Below are positions 38,168 through 51,402 of a DNA stretch of 64,000 nucleotides, one piece after another. This stretch comes from Saccostrea cucullata. Taxonomy: Eukaryota. Location: the NCBI RefSeq assembly GCF_032062105.1, contig NW_026928590.1:186001-250000 (forward strand), in the 5' to 3' direction. Numbering within the stretch: the first letter of the stretch is position 1; each line of letters opens with the position of its first letter. The notes under the pieces are model-generated. The model ran no database searches. It was not told where the DNA came from and worked only from the letters and a program-made list of their open reading frames with translations. Both the position numbers and the translations under genes were made by a program.

Positions 38168-41100
38168 ATGGATCTTCTGATTCCCTTACTTATTTTGCTG
38201 ATGGGGAATGTGTATGGATTTTACCCACATCATTCAGTGAAAGGTAACTTTAATTCATTTTTGTCAGATCGAAAATTATATTAATATGTTTTATGTTTAC
38301 TAAAGAATATGGAAATAAAGGACAAACAAGGTCAAAAGCATAGACCAAAACATTTACAAAATTTTGAATGTAAACGAGATTGAAGTTATTTCATAGAATT
38401 TTCATCAAACCCCAATAATAATGATAGAAATAAAAAATAATAATAAATAAATAGAATTAAAAAATATATATTTTTTAATTTCAATGTTAAAAAAGATACC
38501 CACTTGAAGGATCTTAATCTAAATGTTTTCCATTTCCAGACCAAATATCTAATTACTTGAAATCTGCTCCATGGGATCACGTAAAATCATTCGCCAAGAT
38601 TAAAACACCGATATCAATGGATATAACATCCAATTATAAACTTCCTGCAGGAACAATTTTGAGTGGAATAAATGTAGGTATGTTGACAATCGCATATTCA
38701 GGTTCAAACCTCAGTGTCATTTCGATCTATGGGTTTTTCCAGTATTCTTCACATTGATAAAATTCTATACTTTAAGAACTTTTAAAGGTATGTATTGTAT
38801 GAACTTCACGATAGCATTATAAATAAATGTTTTGTTATAGTAATTTGTCATTGTATTGAAAAATTCAATGTTGTTTTTATATTTTTGATATATTCAATTA
38901 CAGCATACTATCTATTCATGATATATTTCTAGTGTCAGGAATTCTTTACACAATTGCTTTGGAAAATATACTTCAATTCATAATTAACAGATCTCACATA
39001 TGTGTTGAATATCAATATGTACTTGCTTTTCTCATAGAGAAGTAACAATTTAACAAAAGCTTTCAAAATAGTTAGATAAGGATTCCGATGACACCTCAAA
39101 TGCACTTGTTACAAATTGTTTAGCATAGAGTAGCTTTATCAAATTGGTTGAGGGATAAGAAAAAACAATTAAGATTTGCAATTTCTCCGAAAGACATCGC
39201 CGCAGTCAGCCCACAGATATTGAATGTAAGATATAGAGATAATGAACAGTATTCAATCTCGAAGTCCATAAAACAATACAAAATAGGAGCAGAGCAAACA
39301 CGGACCTCCGAAACATCAGAGGTAGGATCAGGTGCCATGGAGGAGTGAGCATCCCCTGCCGACCGGTCACACCCGCCGTGTGCTCAATGTCGTGATCGTG
39401 AAATTACGGAAAAAATCCGTCGTCAATTCAGTGTATAAATAATGAACTAACAATTAGTATGAAAAACGTCAGTCAGCATTTGACTCAATGAATGAAATAT
39501 GCCAGGGGTCAAATGGCAACGTCTTGTCACAGGACCCCTGGCTTGCGATGATGGGCAAACGATAATGGCTTAACTTCTTGGTCACTGCGTACATGCGGGT
39601 CAATACATAATGATAATGTTGACCGTACGTGCGTGTAATATTTTTTATTCGAATATTCATTTAAAATATAAATATAAGTATTCACTTACTAGTGACATGG
39701 TAGAAAATGCACTGGGAAATAAAACCGGTTGGTACAAGATCAGATTTACTAAGAAGCCCTTTGATTTGATCACGTGACCAACCAAGTTCGTTTCCCTGAA
39801 ATCTTTTTCACTACCAGTTATGTTATTTATTTCTTAAATTTTATATTTGAAAATTGAAATTTCAAGGTACTTTTTCAACGAAAATAATGAAAATCGATTA
39901 CAAATTACTGAATAATGTTTGATTACAAATAATTCCAATTACTTTTAAAAATGTAAATAATTACACTGAATTACATTAACTTTTTACAAGTACCTCATTC
40001 CTGGCCCAAAAACCATAAACTGAGAACACACTTAAGTCAAAATTAAAAATCAATATAACTTTTGAAATAATTTCGATAATTAAGAAAAATTCAACATATA
40101 TTAAAATTGAAGTATTTTGCTCAGTTGCAAACTTTTCTAATGGAAGATATTAAAAATTGAAATTTGACTTAATAAGTCTATTCTCAGTTCATGGTTTCGG
40201 GGCCTCAGGTTCGATGGGATAAAAAACCAAGTCCTATTCTATCTATAGTTCAATTATAGGTTTTGAGTATTTATCATTTTTCCGTTTTTATTCTAAAGTC
40301 AAATATGTTTAAAATTCTGTTATTTAATGGTTTCAGTGACCGGGAAAAACTGTGCTGATATTTTGGGCAGGAAACCGTCTACCAAAAGAAAGGACGGAAT
40401 ATATACCGTTTATCCTGACAACAAAAATCCAGTCCGGGTTTACTGTGACATGACCACCGATGGAGGGGGCTGGACGGTAATGATACTTAGTCACTTGTAA
40501 CTTTACTCACTAGTACATTTCAACAGAGATAAATGCCTGCCAAAATGAAGATGGTTTTAAAATAAAAAAATTTTAAAGTCAGATTTCATTGGAGAAAAGG
40601 AAATAATGGAAATGTCGTACATCAGGTGTCATAAGTTTCCTGTTTAATTTAGTCAATAAAATAGCCATACAAGTTTAAGTCAATTCGGTACAAGAAAGAG
40701 TCATACATACAAGTAGTAAGAAATACTGACGTTCGTTTTGAAGAACTAGCTTTTTTTCTCTTGAAAATAAAGAAACTTAACATCAAATTTCAAGTTAAGA
40801 TATTATCAGAATTGTTCAATGACTTTTTTGAAAACTCATTTATCATTATCTGACGAACTGAGAAGAAAACATGGAAGAAGACAAGGGTGAACTATTTTCC
40901 TTTTTTTCAAAATAGAAAAGGTTATGAAAGCTTTTCTGAGATATCGATTAATGTATTAAAAAGAAATAAGATTTACAAAACATGACAAAGAGTTGATTTA
41001 AACATTCGGAATAATCAAAAAATTCTTTTATTGAATGACAGGTTATTCAAAATAGATATGATGGTTCAACCAATTTTTATCGCAATTGGAATGAATACAA

Positions 41101-42151
41101 GAAAGATTTTGGTAACCTTTTAAAGGAATTATGGCTTGGTAAGTGAAATTGTCCTTCGAATTAAAAAAATAAAAATGAAAGCATTTTCAATCAAATTTAA
41201 ACTGATACTTGTGTATTTAGATAGATTTTTTATGTACAGGGAACGACAATATTCATGCTCTTACTAAAAATGGTGACCAAGAGCTCCGAATAGAAATGTC
41301 AAAATTTTCAGGATCAAAGGTTTTCGCAAAGTACTCCCAATTTTCTATTGGTGATGAATCAAAAAAGTACAAACTGTCGATCAGTGGATACAGTGGGAAC
41401 GCTGGTAATTACAATTCATATTAATATAATTATTAGGCAAAATGTTTTATTACAATCCAAGAAAGTAATAGGTCCTGCAACTTTTGAAATAAAAAAAATA
41501 ATTATAACAAAACAAAACAAAAAAAAATTGATAAAATTGTACTGAATTCCCCCCCCCCCCCCCTTTCAAATGTACTTCAATTAATAAACACAAAAATCAA
41601 TCTAATCAAAAACTGACTTAAGAATACGTTAAGATAAGTTATATTGATAAAAAACATATCTAGAGTTTTCCATGGTCTGCTCAATTTTACATTTGGTGTT
41701 TAAAGTATTTTGTTTTAAAATAATTAATATACTTACTAATATCTGTCTAGTAGGAAAGGTTTTGTCAAGAACGAAACATTTCCAAAATAGCCAATATATA
41801 GTTCTTTTAAATTTATAACCTTATATTACTCGAAGTTGTGCAGTCTACATAGAATATTAAAGTTTTAAAATTATTAACATTTTTATTAATTTACAAGGTG
41901 ATTACATAATTGCTAAACACAACTTGAATGGAATGGGTTTCACAACCAAGGACAAGGATAACGACAATAATGGTAGTTACAATTGTGCAAAGAAATACAA
42001 GCATGGTGCTTGGTGGTACAACACTTGTGCTTACTCTGACCTAAATGGACAATACACACACAAACAAATAAGCTCCAAGTACCATTTACATTGGGGAACG
42101 TCACGAGAAAACATGAAAACATCCAGGATGATGATAAGAACAAAATCCTGA
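38168..42151 (+). CDS. Secreted fibrinogen-related domain (FReD; ficolin/tachylectin-5-like) protein, 6 exons: 38168-38243, 38540-38677, 40337-40476, 41042-41138, 41240-41404, 41898-42151 (870 nt, 289 aa)
   Basis: All GT-AG junctions phase-compatible; signal peptide MDLLIPLLILLMGNVYG; FReD motifs NCADI, [61 protein letters not shown], NCA...GAWWYNTCAYSDLNG, MMIR. Confidence 0.92.
39230..39490 (-). mobile_element. Penelope-like tail fragment in FReD intron 2
   Basis: gaggtaggatcaggtgccatggaggagtgagcatcccctgccgaccggtcacacccgccgtg, shared with 42340-42660 and 42740-42930. Confidence 0.6.
40003..40204. mobile_element. ~200-bp fold-back MITE in FReD intron 2
   Basis: ggcccaaaaaccataaactgagaa...ttaagtcaaa / tttgacttaa...ttctcagttcatggtttcggggcc. 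Confidence 0.65.
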
Positions 42152-42154
42152 ATT

Positions 42155-42160
42155 AATAAA
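42155..42160 (+). terminator. Candidate polyadenylation signal of the FReD gene
   Basis: AATAAA 4 nt after the TGA. Confidence 0.5.
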
Positions 42161-42339
42161 ACCAGTGATGCCACAGAATACTTTCTTAAGTTTTCTTTTC
42201 ATCTTCAAATCATTTTCTTTATTTAATTCTCTACTCCAACTTTGGGAATGAACTATTCCTGCACCACTTAAGAAGAAAAAACTGAATAAACGTCAACCCC
42301 ATTAATATGAAATAAAAGGAGATTCAAGCTAAAAATTCA

Positions 42340-43420
42340 ATTAAACAATGCAAATCAGAAGCAGAGCACACCTCTTAAACATCCAGAGGCGCAATCAGGT
42401 GCAATGGTGCAGTGAGCATCCTCTGCAGACCGGTCACACCCGTCATGCGAACCTTGTCATTATCGGGAAAGAAAAGGGAATTCGAAAAAAATTCAGTGTG
42501 AAAATACTGAGGAATAGTCTTACAAGTAATCTGAAAAATGTCAATCAGTATTTGACTTAGTGATGGATTGTATTTGTCGACAAGGTCATATAGACTAAAG
42601 ATCTCACATATTGATGACAGAGGCCGCTGATATTCTGAACACCGTGTCCAGATGATAATGATAAATTGCTGCATAAGTTTGAATAGTAAAAGTCGTTACG
42701 TCTATCATAAAGATTGCTTGTTTGATTACTACTAACGTCAGTCTATAAAAAAAATACAAAATAAGCGCAGAGCAAACACAGACCTTCAAAACATCAGAGG
42801 TGGGATCAAATGTCATGGAGGAGTGAGCATCCCCTGCTGTCCGGTCACACCCACCATGTGATCCTTGTTATGAACGGGAATTAACGGGAAAATTAATAGT
42901 CAATTCAGTGCATAAATAATAGACTAACGATTCATGTATCAGAATCTGTGCTATTTTGTAACCCATCCAGATATATCTTATCGACATCAGAATGGAAATA
43001 ACTAATGATATTTGGCAATAAGTTGTCGATATATCTAAATGTCGAATTGAAGACCTTAACAAGTGTTTTCTTCTTTTCAAATGAATACAGAAATGGCCTA
43101 GGTCTGCTAATAATGGGGTGTAATTGTTTCCAGTGGGATTGGTGGAAGATTTGGTCTTCTAATCCTGCTCTTCCAATACTGAATTTTACAATTGACCAGT
43201 GGCAAGATAAATTATGCAAAGGTAGAAAGATTTTATTTTTGTTTTCGCTTAAATCAGCATACTTGTACTAGAAGCATTGATGTAAAAAGCATCTTCATTA
43301 CATTTATATCTTCCGCTTAAAAGCAGGGGGAGTTGCCATCCGCCGTTATACTTAAGGACTTCGATATCATACCAGCAACACTTCCAGAATAAAATTTAAA
43401 GATACTCTCACGAAATCTGT
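42340..43420 (-). mobile_element. Tandem Penelope-like fragments including an RT motif
   Basis: ORF 42932..43219 has FLYSFE...LVKVFNSTFRYIDNLL (YxDD-like); two tail copies at ~42345 and ~42750. Confidence 0.65.
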
Positions 43421-43723
43421 ATTCTTACAAGCATAAACATTATTGATTTCTGTTAATAACAAATAAACACTTTTGATACATGGTTTTCATAAAGTCTCCT
43501 TATACCAAGTACGTTAATCAAACTAAAAAAAGCTTATATAAAAAAATGTCAATGAGATCATACCTAGAAAGATATAAGGTTACTCATAGGCTATAACTAT
43601 TTTGAAATCTATAAAACGCTGAATAAATGTATCCCTGAGTTCCAAGTATAAAAAGCGACTCAATATGAACACTTAGTTATCAATATGGATTTTTAATGAA
43701 CAAAATATTGAGAACATCGCCAA

Positions 43724-43876
43724 NNNNNNNNNNNNNNNNNNNNNNNNNNNNNNNNNNNNNNNNNNNNNNNNNNNNNNNNNNNNNNNNNNNNNNNNNNNNN
43801 NNNNNNNNNNNNNNNNNNNNNNNNNNNNNNNNNNNNNNNNNNNNNNNNNNNNNNNNNNNNNNNNNNNNNNNNNNNN
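43724..43876. other. Assembly gap (153 N)
   Basis: Run of N. Confidence 1.
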
Positions 43877-45189
43877 TTAAAAAAAACAATTATAAATAAA
43901 TCAATTTCTATATTTTACTACAAAATAACTTTTCATTAACAAGCTAGCAAAATATCGATATGCTCTTTAATATCTCAATCTATCTGTTAAACAAATATTT
44001 TTCAATATATCTTTTGTTTGTATGCTTTGCGAGATAATTAGCTTTTTTCAAGGTACTAAAATCATCAATTTGGAAAAAAAATTGAAAAGGGTCACAAAAA
44101 TTCACTTATTTCAGAAAGTTCAATGTTCTTATCAATGTTTTTTTTAAATCCTTCATTATGAATAATCATATCACCTAGAAGATATACAAGGAAAACCTGT
44201 CTCAGAAGTATTGCATGCCAGGAAGATCAATGAAAGTGGGAAACATGGGATAATTTGCATATCGGTTTTAATTATTTATACTAACTAGACACTGATTCCT
44301 TATCATTTCATTTCAATGTGAAATAAAATTGTAGATTTAGATTTTAAAAATGTAGACTATTATGGGGCGCCGTTTTGGAATTTACTGCCAAAAAGTGATA
44401 TCATCTATTGAATTTGTGATATCAACTAATTTCTGTGTATTCATAAGTTCTATGGTCGTTACAATGACATTTTCAGAACATACAATTTATCATTAAGTCA
44501 AATGCCGAGTGACGTTTTTTTAATACTATTTGTAAGCTCATTATTTACAGATTGAATTGACGACGGATTGACAAGGAGCAAGCAGCGGGTGTGACCAGTC
44601 GGCATGGGATGTTCACTTACTCCTCCATGGCCTATTTTTTTTATTGTTTTATGGACTTCTGACCTTGAATGCTGATCATCATCTCCATATGTTTCATTTA
44701 GATCCTTTGGATGCCCTGTGTCATGCAGATTCCCTCATATTTTTTTTTCATTAAACCGTTTTTATACTGAAATTAAAATAAGCACTCTTCAGTATGTTTT
44801 CTAATATGATTTACATAATTTATGCATGAAAGGATTACTTTGATAGTTTATATCATTTTCCTATTCATCTTCATATCTTTCTTTTTTATGGTGAGATAAA
44901 AGAAATATTTATCTTTCTACTTATGTTATCAAATTTTCTTCATATCATAATTAGACATGATATCTGTTTTTGAAAAAAGAAAGCAAAGCATCTTACTACA
45001 AACTATTTCCATTTGAATCTAATATGAAAATCAATGTATAATTAAATGCTAAACTTTGTAGTAGAGGAATGTATCACCTCAAACTTTATACAAGCCAGTT
45101 TTTCTTTTGCATTTGTCTCTCTAAGACATATATGCAAATTTTCATTATTTTATGTATCCATTGTTTTTATAATTATCTATATATAACAG

Positions 45190-46463
45190 AAAGAATTTTA
45201 AATATATATTCAAATAAAGTATCGAAGATTTCAACAACAAAAAAGAAAACAAGTATGAAAACTTGAACAACAATACATTACCACAGACATCAACATAACG
45301 CGAAATGTAATAACAACACAAAGTGTAATAATTATTTCACTTTGCGTTGTACTCAACGCAGAATGTAATAACGCAAATTGTAACACTCTTTAGGAATATT
45401 ACATTTTGCGTTCTTACATTTTGCGCCGATACCAATGCAATATGTAATAACAAAAAATATAATAAAACGATTTTTACCTTTTGCGATGTTACATTTTGTG
45501 TCAATAATAAGCAAAAGAACAAACTCAAAATTTAATTTAATTTTTTGTCAGCCATGTTAAGTATAATTTTCAAATGAGTAATTGGCGAAAAAAAAAACTG
45601 GAAAAAAAATAGAACAAAAGGAAAAAAAAAATTAACATTTGTGAAATCTTAAAAAAAGATCAGATTTTTACTTCTTTTTTATTTCATTACCTACATGCAT
45701 TTAAAATCAGGTTAAATTCAAATCTATTGTTTTCAAATAAGACACCTGCATATGGGGGTTGTTGGGGGGGAGCAAAATTTTGTTGTTTAGTGTGCTTTTG
45801 CTTTTTGATAGACAAATGCAATGAATCTAAAAAAACTATAAAAAAAAGAAATATAATTTGTACTGGCATATGTAAATGTATAGCGGGGAGGGGGTTATTG
45901 ACAATTGGGATTCTATACTCTTTAAAAATCTCCCACTCTCTCTATCACCAAAAATAAAATGCTTGTCCATACATGTAGTAATACAATGATCAACATACGA
46001 AATAAACATGCATCCGACCCCATTCCTGCCCCTCCTCGCCTAACGATTTGCAAAAATCTTTTTATTACATTATGCATTATTACTTTTCGCGTCAAGATCA
46101 ATACAAAATACAATAATCTCAGTTTATTACATTTTGCTTTGTCATTACATTGACGTTGTAACATGCGAAAAAAGTGACAAAGAAAGCTACACAAAATCAC
46201 TTCTTCAGAAAACGGAACATAGAGTTTAAACAAATTGAGGAAATCTTTCAAGAAAAGCGTCTTAAATAATAGAATTTACAAGAAGAACATATCAACAAAT
46301 GTCCCGAATTTGACAGCTACTCAACCAATAGCTTCAAAAGAGTTTTTGAATAATATTTTTGAGCTTTACACTATTAACGTTGTACAGTTCATGATGACTG
46401 CAATCAACAGCAGCGATAGACAGCACCTCAGAAACAGCACCTGTTATTACGTATAAACTACAG
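45190..46463 (+). pseudogene. Orphan mucin-stalk pseudo-exon of the receptor family, split by a MITE
   Basis: tcgaagatttcaaca start and aactacag|GTAAG end match the other stalk exons; stops and frameshifts. Confidence 0.6.
45293..46163. mobile_element. MITE with AATGTAATAA-type terminal and subterminal repeats
   Basis: aacgcgaaatgtaataac ... cattacattgacgttgtaa; related fragment at ~14490-14615. Confidence 0.55.
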
Positions 46464-46466
46464 GTA

Positions 46467-46502
<36 letters not shown>

Positions 46503-47357
46503 CGCTGACTCCTAGACACCTACTCCCTCTGAAATTTCTGAGAATTATGCCCTCTTTACAGATTTGTATTGTTTTAGTTACCTATAACTTTATCATATAG
46601 AGTTGAGAATAAATTAAGTAATGTTTTCAACAGTGTTCAAGTTTTGTATGTATAATTGGTATGTAAATCACAAAGACTTGTTACGTAGACATGTTTCGTG
46701 AAGAATTGAAAAGCCTACAAAAGTTACTAAAACTGTAAATACATAAATTACTGTAAAAAATAGAAAAAGTAAAAGTTTTCACACAATTGAGTAGCTTAAA
46801 TATATTTACTAACAGAGAAAGCAAAGTGAGAAACCGTCATACCTCATATTTCAAAATTTACACTTAATAGAACACTTAAGTAAAGATAGTTCACTCCATT
46901 TATTTTTACATTGCACTTTAATTTAAGCAGATCAAATATCAAGGAAGTATATCAATTGGTTTACTTTCCTCCCTTCATTGTTTTTTACTTTTATTCCCAT
47001 GCCTTGGTTTAAAAGGAAAAGGTACAAGAAACGTAGGAATAAATTAGAAAAATCATGCTTATTTATACTTTATGTATGGAACATTTAAAGAATAAGGAAA
47101 TTAATACAATCACGTGTTTAGTATACATCTCTTGTTGTGTTTTTTTTTAATATTGAGCAGAAGAAACCGTTTTGCGTGCAGATGTACTACAAACATATGT
47201 CTATTTACAGCAAACTTCTTGATTTGATAGTTTTAAGGGTAGAAGAAAAAAAATCATTTCTTGATAACACAGAGTAAAATTGACCGTAAATGCTTTCTGT
47301 TAGTCTTTATTGTATCTTTGTTTCTTGACCTTCTTATAAAATTGAAAAAACAACGTC

Positions 47358-47531
47358 CTGTAAAAGGTAACGATAACGATCAGTGACATATTCACACATA
47401 TTTATATTGTTGATTGATTTGCTGAGATTGATCACTGATCGTTATCGTTACCTTTTACAGTACACCTGATTATACCTCTAGAGTTTCCAAAAATCAATGA
47501 TTTTTGGAAACTCTAGAGGTATAATCAGGTG
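47358..47531. repeat. Two adjacent perfect inverted repeats (29-bp arms; 34-bp arms with a 1-nt loop)
   Basis: 47358-47386 / 47432-47460 and 47463-47496 / 47498-47531 are exact reverse complements. Confidence 0.95.
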
Positions 47532-47649
47532 CACGGGAAGAGTAAATATCTTTTGTCGTGAACAATATGTCTTGATAACGTAGATGAAACATTCCGGTGT
47601 CAAATGATTGAAACGTCCCCTGGTGAATCTTTTTCTACTATAAAATGCT

Positions 47650-47841
47650 TTAACTAAATGAGACCGTATAGACTGAGGTCCCGTGTCGCAGTATGTGCTG
47701 GCACGAAAAAGATCCCAGTCTGCTCAATGGACCTAAGTGCCGCGTATAGGACGAAACAGTTCTCCATCACCAAGAGGTGGCATCCCCATATGAGTGAAAC
47801 ATTCTCAAGAGGGACGCTTTAACAATATACAATCAATCAAT
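47650..47841 (+). mobile_element. SINE-like element 3' part with (CAAT)n tail
   Basis: Homologous to 16240-16550; ends caatatacaatcaatcaat. Confidence 0.6.
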
Positions 47842-48208
47842 ACTGTCAACTAAATGTATACTAGCCCATTCACATGGGAAACACTATCAACGCTCTTTAC
47901 CTCAGAAATGAAAATCAGTGTGACCTTTGATATAATGCCTGTACCTTCAACAAATCACATTATTCGTTTCCCCATTTAAGAATATAAATAGATTCTGAAC
48001 ATACATGTGACTATATTTGTTGCTTGTACATGTACATTGTAACGAGGCTAGATTTTTATATATAATTTAGAATCCTATCAGAAGAAAACATGTTTACTGT
48101 CAAGTTATTTTGTGTGTCAGTAGTTGCTACATATTGTTTCAGTAAGTATTAAAAGACTTTTGTATCTTTCTTGCGATTTTTCAAATTTCTTTTTTGTATA
48201 TGTAAATA

Positions 48209-49036
48209 TACTGACACGCAAAAGAAACGCAACGCCCTACTTTGGGGTGAAATAATTATGTAAAGTAAAAAATTTTAAATCTTAAAATTATGGATATCTT
48301 CAAATTGTTAAATAATGGTAATTTAACGGTTGAACGATTTTCATACCTTAACCAGAAGTCAAGTATGATTCTGCTCAACAGAAATCAAAAATTGCATGTT
48401 TAACAAAACATTTGGCAAGATTATATAGTTTTAAGGGTTTGTGCTGTTCATCTTAAGTAATGCAGCAATATTTTAAATAATAAAATCTCCTTTCGTTTCT
48501 CGTAACGATGTTAAGGCTTCTTGAAAATAGCTTAAGTGCACATTTCCATTGCTCAAGCTGGAAAATCTCAAAGTAAAAGTGATGGAGAGTTGATGATGGA
48601 AAAATACACTACATTACGCCTCAATGGGGTCTTACTTATTATATTCATAAATGATAGCCCTTGGACCGGAAGTCCAAGGGTTATTACAATGCGCTAAGTT
48701 AGAGAAAATTCGACCTAATCATCTGAAAAACAGACAATTAAAAAATGGAAAATAATAATTCCTTCGCTCAGATCTCGATATTGATAAACCAATTGTATCG
48801 TAGAAATTAAGCTGCTTATGTTGTGTAGGACAGTCTTGCACGTTGTAATTGAATGGCTGGGAGGGGGGTGTTTTAAAAGTCATATGTTACTTAGTAAAGT
48901 AAACATTTAACATTTTTATAAAATCTCTGATGTTCTCAAAAGTGTAGCCTTACTGTATTCTTTTTTTAAAAAAACACTAGAAAAAGAATCAAACATTTAT
49001 AGATTACCACTTGTTGCGTTTCTTTTGCGTGTCAAC
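48209..49036. mobile_element. Tc1/mariner-type MITE, copy 2
   Basis: Same TIR as 9586-10426; right tip mutated (gtcaacata). Confidence 0.85.
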
Positions 49037-49204
49037 ATATTTGAATGAGGTAAAGAACAGTTTGCATTTTCAATGCAAAAAAATTATTACACTTACGAGG
49101 GCTGTCCGGTGAAATCGAGGACCGGTTGCCAAAAGTAAAAATAATCACCACTGCATAGAAATATTTTCACACCTCTTTAGTACATTTTTTCATCAATATA
49201 CATG

Positions 49205-49826
49205 TGTAACGTGCAACGCGGCCGAGCTTGGTTGTTTGGTGATATGTCTTGTATCACCGAGGCGTTACACTCTGGTTCGTTAACCTGTTAACTCAGGTTT
49301 TTGTTGACCAAATAAAATTACAATCAAATATATACAAATACAATACAAATATAAACGGTTTCCTCTTGATTGGACAACCACTAACTGTGGTCAACGGGTG
49401 TCTCCCGTAAGTAGATTTCTTCGGTCCTGCCACTTCTCCCTGTACTGACTCCTGGCACTTCCCCCACTTCTCACTGTGGTATGCCACCTCTCTCAATCTA
49501 TACTACCAAGTGACTGCCTTATTCAGGTCTTACGCTTTTGGGTAGTCTACAACACTTAGATGTCTATCCCCCGCAACTGTCTGCCTTATTCAGGTCTTAT
49601 GACCGTGTGTAAGAGGAGAAACAAGCTAAGGTTTCACAACTCCGTCACCAGAGAGGTCTCAAAGGTCCTGCAATACAATCAGTATTATTCCAATGCAGTC
49701 TCCGTATAGTAGCAGATTCATACTACTTGTATGATTGTAAAATTAATATTTTTTAGTGTTTAAGAATTAAGTGGAAACGTAGGTCTAACGTTTATACGAA
49801 AATAAACCTCACCCATTTCCGTTTCA
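49205..49826 (-). repeat. 3' LTR
   Basis: Direct repeat of 54868-55489; preceded on the minus strand by PPT GAGGGGAGGGTAG (49827-49839). Confidence 0.97.
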
Positions 49827-49928
49827 CTACCCTCCCCTCAAGATTATATGCGTCCCGCATATGATTAAGTATTTACAATATTTACATCTATATACAATTC
49901 TCTGATATGCCTGACAACTTGTGACTCT

Positions 49929-51128
49929 CTAATACAAGACGTAGTCTTCCATCCACTGTGGTTTTCTCCTACGTCTAACAGGGATGTCGTCTGCATCAGA
50001 ATGGTTACTTAACTCATGCTCTTCCTCTACTTCTTCACCCAGAGGTTCAGGCTCGTCCTCTGGTGCCGTCCTCTCATCATCAGGCGTTTCACCTTGCAAC
50101 GTTTGAGGGTACCTTCGACGCATTCTGTCAACATGTATGACTTGTGGTTTTCCACTACGTCCACAGTCAACTTTGTAGGTAAGATCTGTCATCTTTGATA
50201 GCACCTTGTAAGGACCACGCCAGTAACTGGTAAACTTTGGCGAGCGACCTGCCTTCCTAATTGGAAAGAACACGTAGACTTGGCAACCTGGCTCAAATTT
50301 CTGCCATGACAATTTTTGGTCGTGGTACTTCTTTTGTCTAACCATGGCTGTTTTTATGTTCTCTCTGACATGTTTGTGTGCACTCTCCAATGTTTCTTTT
50401 AATTCCCAGGCCCACTTGTCTTTGGGAATTTGCTGCACTGATCTGGGCATCTCAAACATGATGTCAAGCGGTGTTGACACTTCTCTTCCCAGCATCAGGT
50501 AATTTGGAGTATAGCCAGTTGTCTCGTGAACGGAAGCCCTGTAAGCCATCATTACAAATGGTAGGTGTTTATCCCAATCTGAATGATGGTCATTCACGTA
50601 AGCGCTTAACATTGTCACTAGCGTCTTGTTAAAACGCTCTACCATTCCATCACTTTGTGGATGATAGGGGCTGGTCCGTGTTTTCTTGATTTGGAGAACC
50701 TGGCACATCTCCTCAAAAAGCGCACTCTCATACTGTCGACCTTGGTCAGAGTGAATTACTGATGGTACACCGAACCGGGCAATCACTTCTTCAACAATAA
50801 GTTTTGCCACTGTCTTGGCTTCCATGTTCGGCATTGGGAAAGACTCGGTCCATTTCGTGAAATAGTCCGATACCACCAATATATATTTATTGCCATCCTC
50901 TGTCATTGGTAGTTCTCCCAAGATGTCCGTGGCAATCCTGTCCATGGGTAAACCACTCTCGACCAATTCCATGGGTGCTCTTCTCTTCATTTGAGGGCCC
51001 TTCCTTTTACAACATTTCTCACAACCAGCTATGTACATTCTGGTGTCTGCTTGCAAACCAGGCCAATAGAACTTTTGCCTTATTCGAGCTAGTGTCTTGC
51101 TCACACCAAGATGTGCAGCTGTCCTCAC
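49929..51128 (-). CDS. pol: Gypsy integrase (distal part of disrupted pol)
   Basis: AHLG...CEKC zinc finger, TDILG, SDQG, MVERFN, GPY motif. Confidence 0.93.
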   Translation of the reverse strand: MRTAAHLGVSKTLARIRQKFYWPGLQADTRMYIAGCEKCCKRKGPQMKRRAPMELVESGLPMDRIATDILGELPMTEDGNKYILVVSDYFTKWTESFPMPNMEAKTVAKLIVEEVIARFGVPSVIHSDQGRQYESALFEEMCQVLQIKKTRTSPYHPQSDGMVERFNKTLVTMLSAYVNDHHSDWDKHLPFVMMAYRASVHETTGYTPNYLMLGREVSTPLDIMFEMPRSVQQIPKDKWAWELKETLESAHKHVRENIKTAMVRQKKYHDQKLSWQKFEPGCQVYVFFPIRKAGRSPKFTSYWRGPYKVLSKMTDLTYKVDCGRSGKPQVIHVDRMRRRYPQTLQGETPDDERTAPEDEPEPLGEEVEEEHELSNHSDADDIPVRRRRKPQWMEDYVLY

Positions 51129-51402
51129 ATCCTGACAGTACTCGTATATAGTACGTCGTTAGCTACTTGTTACAATAGCCTGCAAGCGTATGGCCTTTCC
51201 ATCTTCCTCTTTAAATCTTATAAACAGAATGTCATTTTCAATACAAAGATTGTTCCATTATGACCATAAAGATTGTAACACATAACCTTGGCCTCTGACC
51301 ACACTGTACTCAGGTCTTGTCTTTTCTATGACCCAAAGTTTGACAAGAGAGATGTCTTTGTCTTTGTCTTGCATGTCTTTTATAGGCAGCAATGGATCGC
51401 CA

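Noticed and set aside
43680-43899. ORFs across the N run
   Set aside because: Gap artefacts
49293-49496. Duplicated 67-aa ORF (also 54956-55159)
   Set aside because: Lies within the LTRs; no recognisable motif
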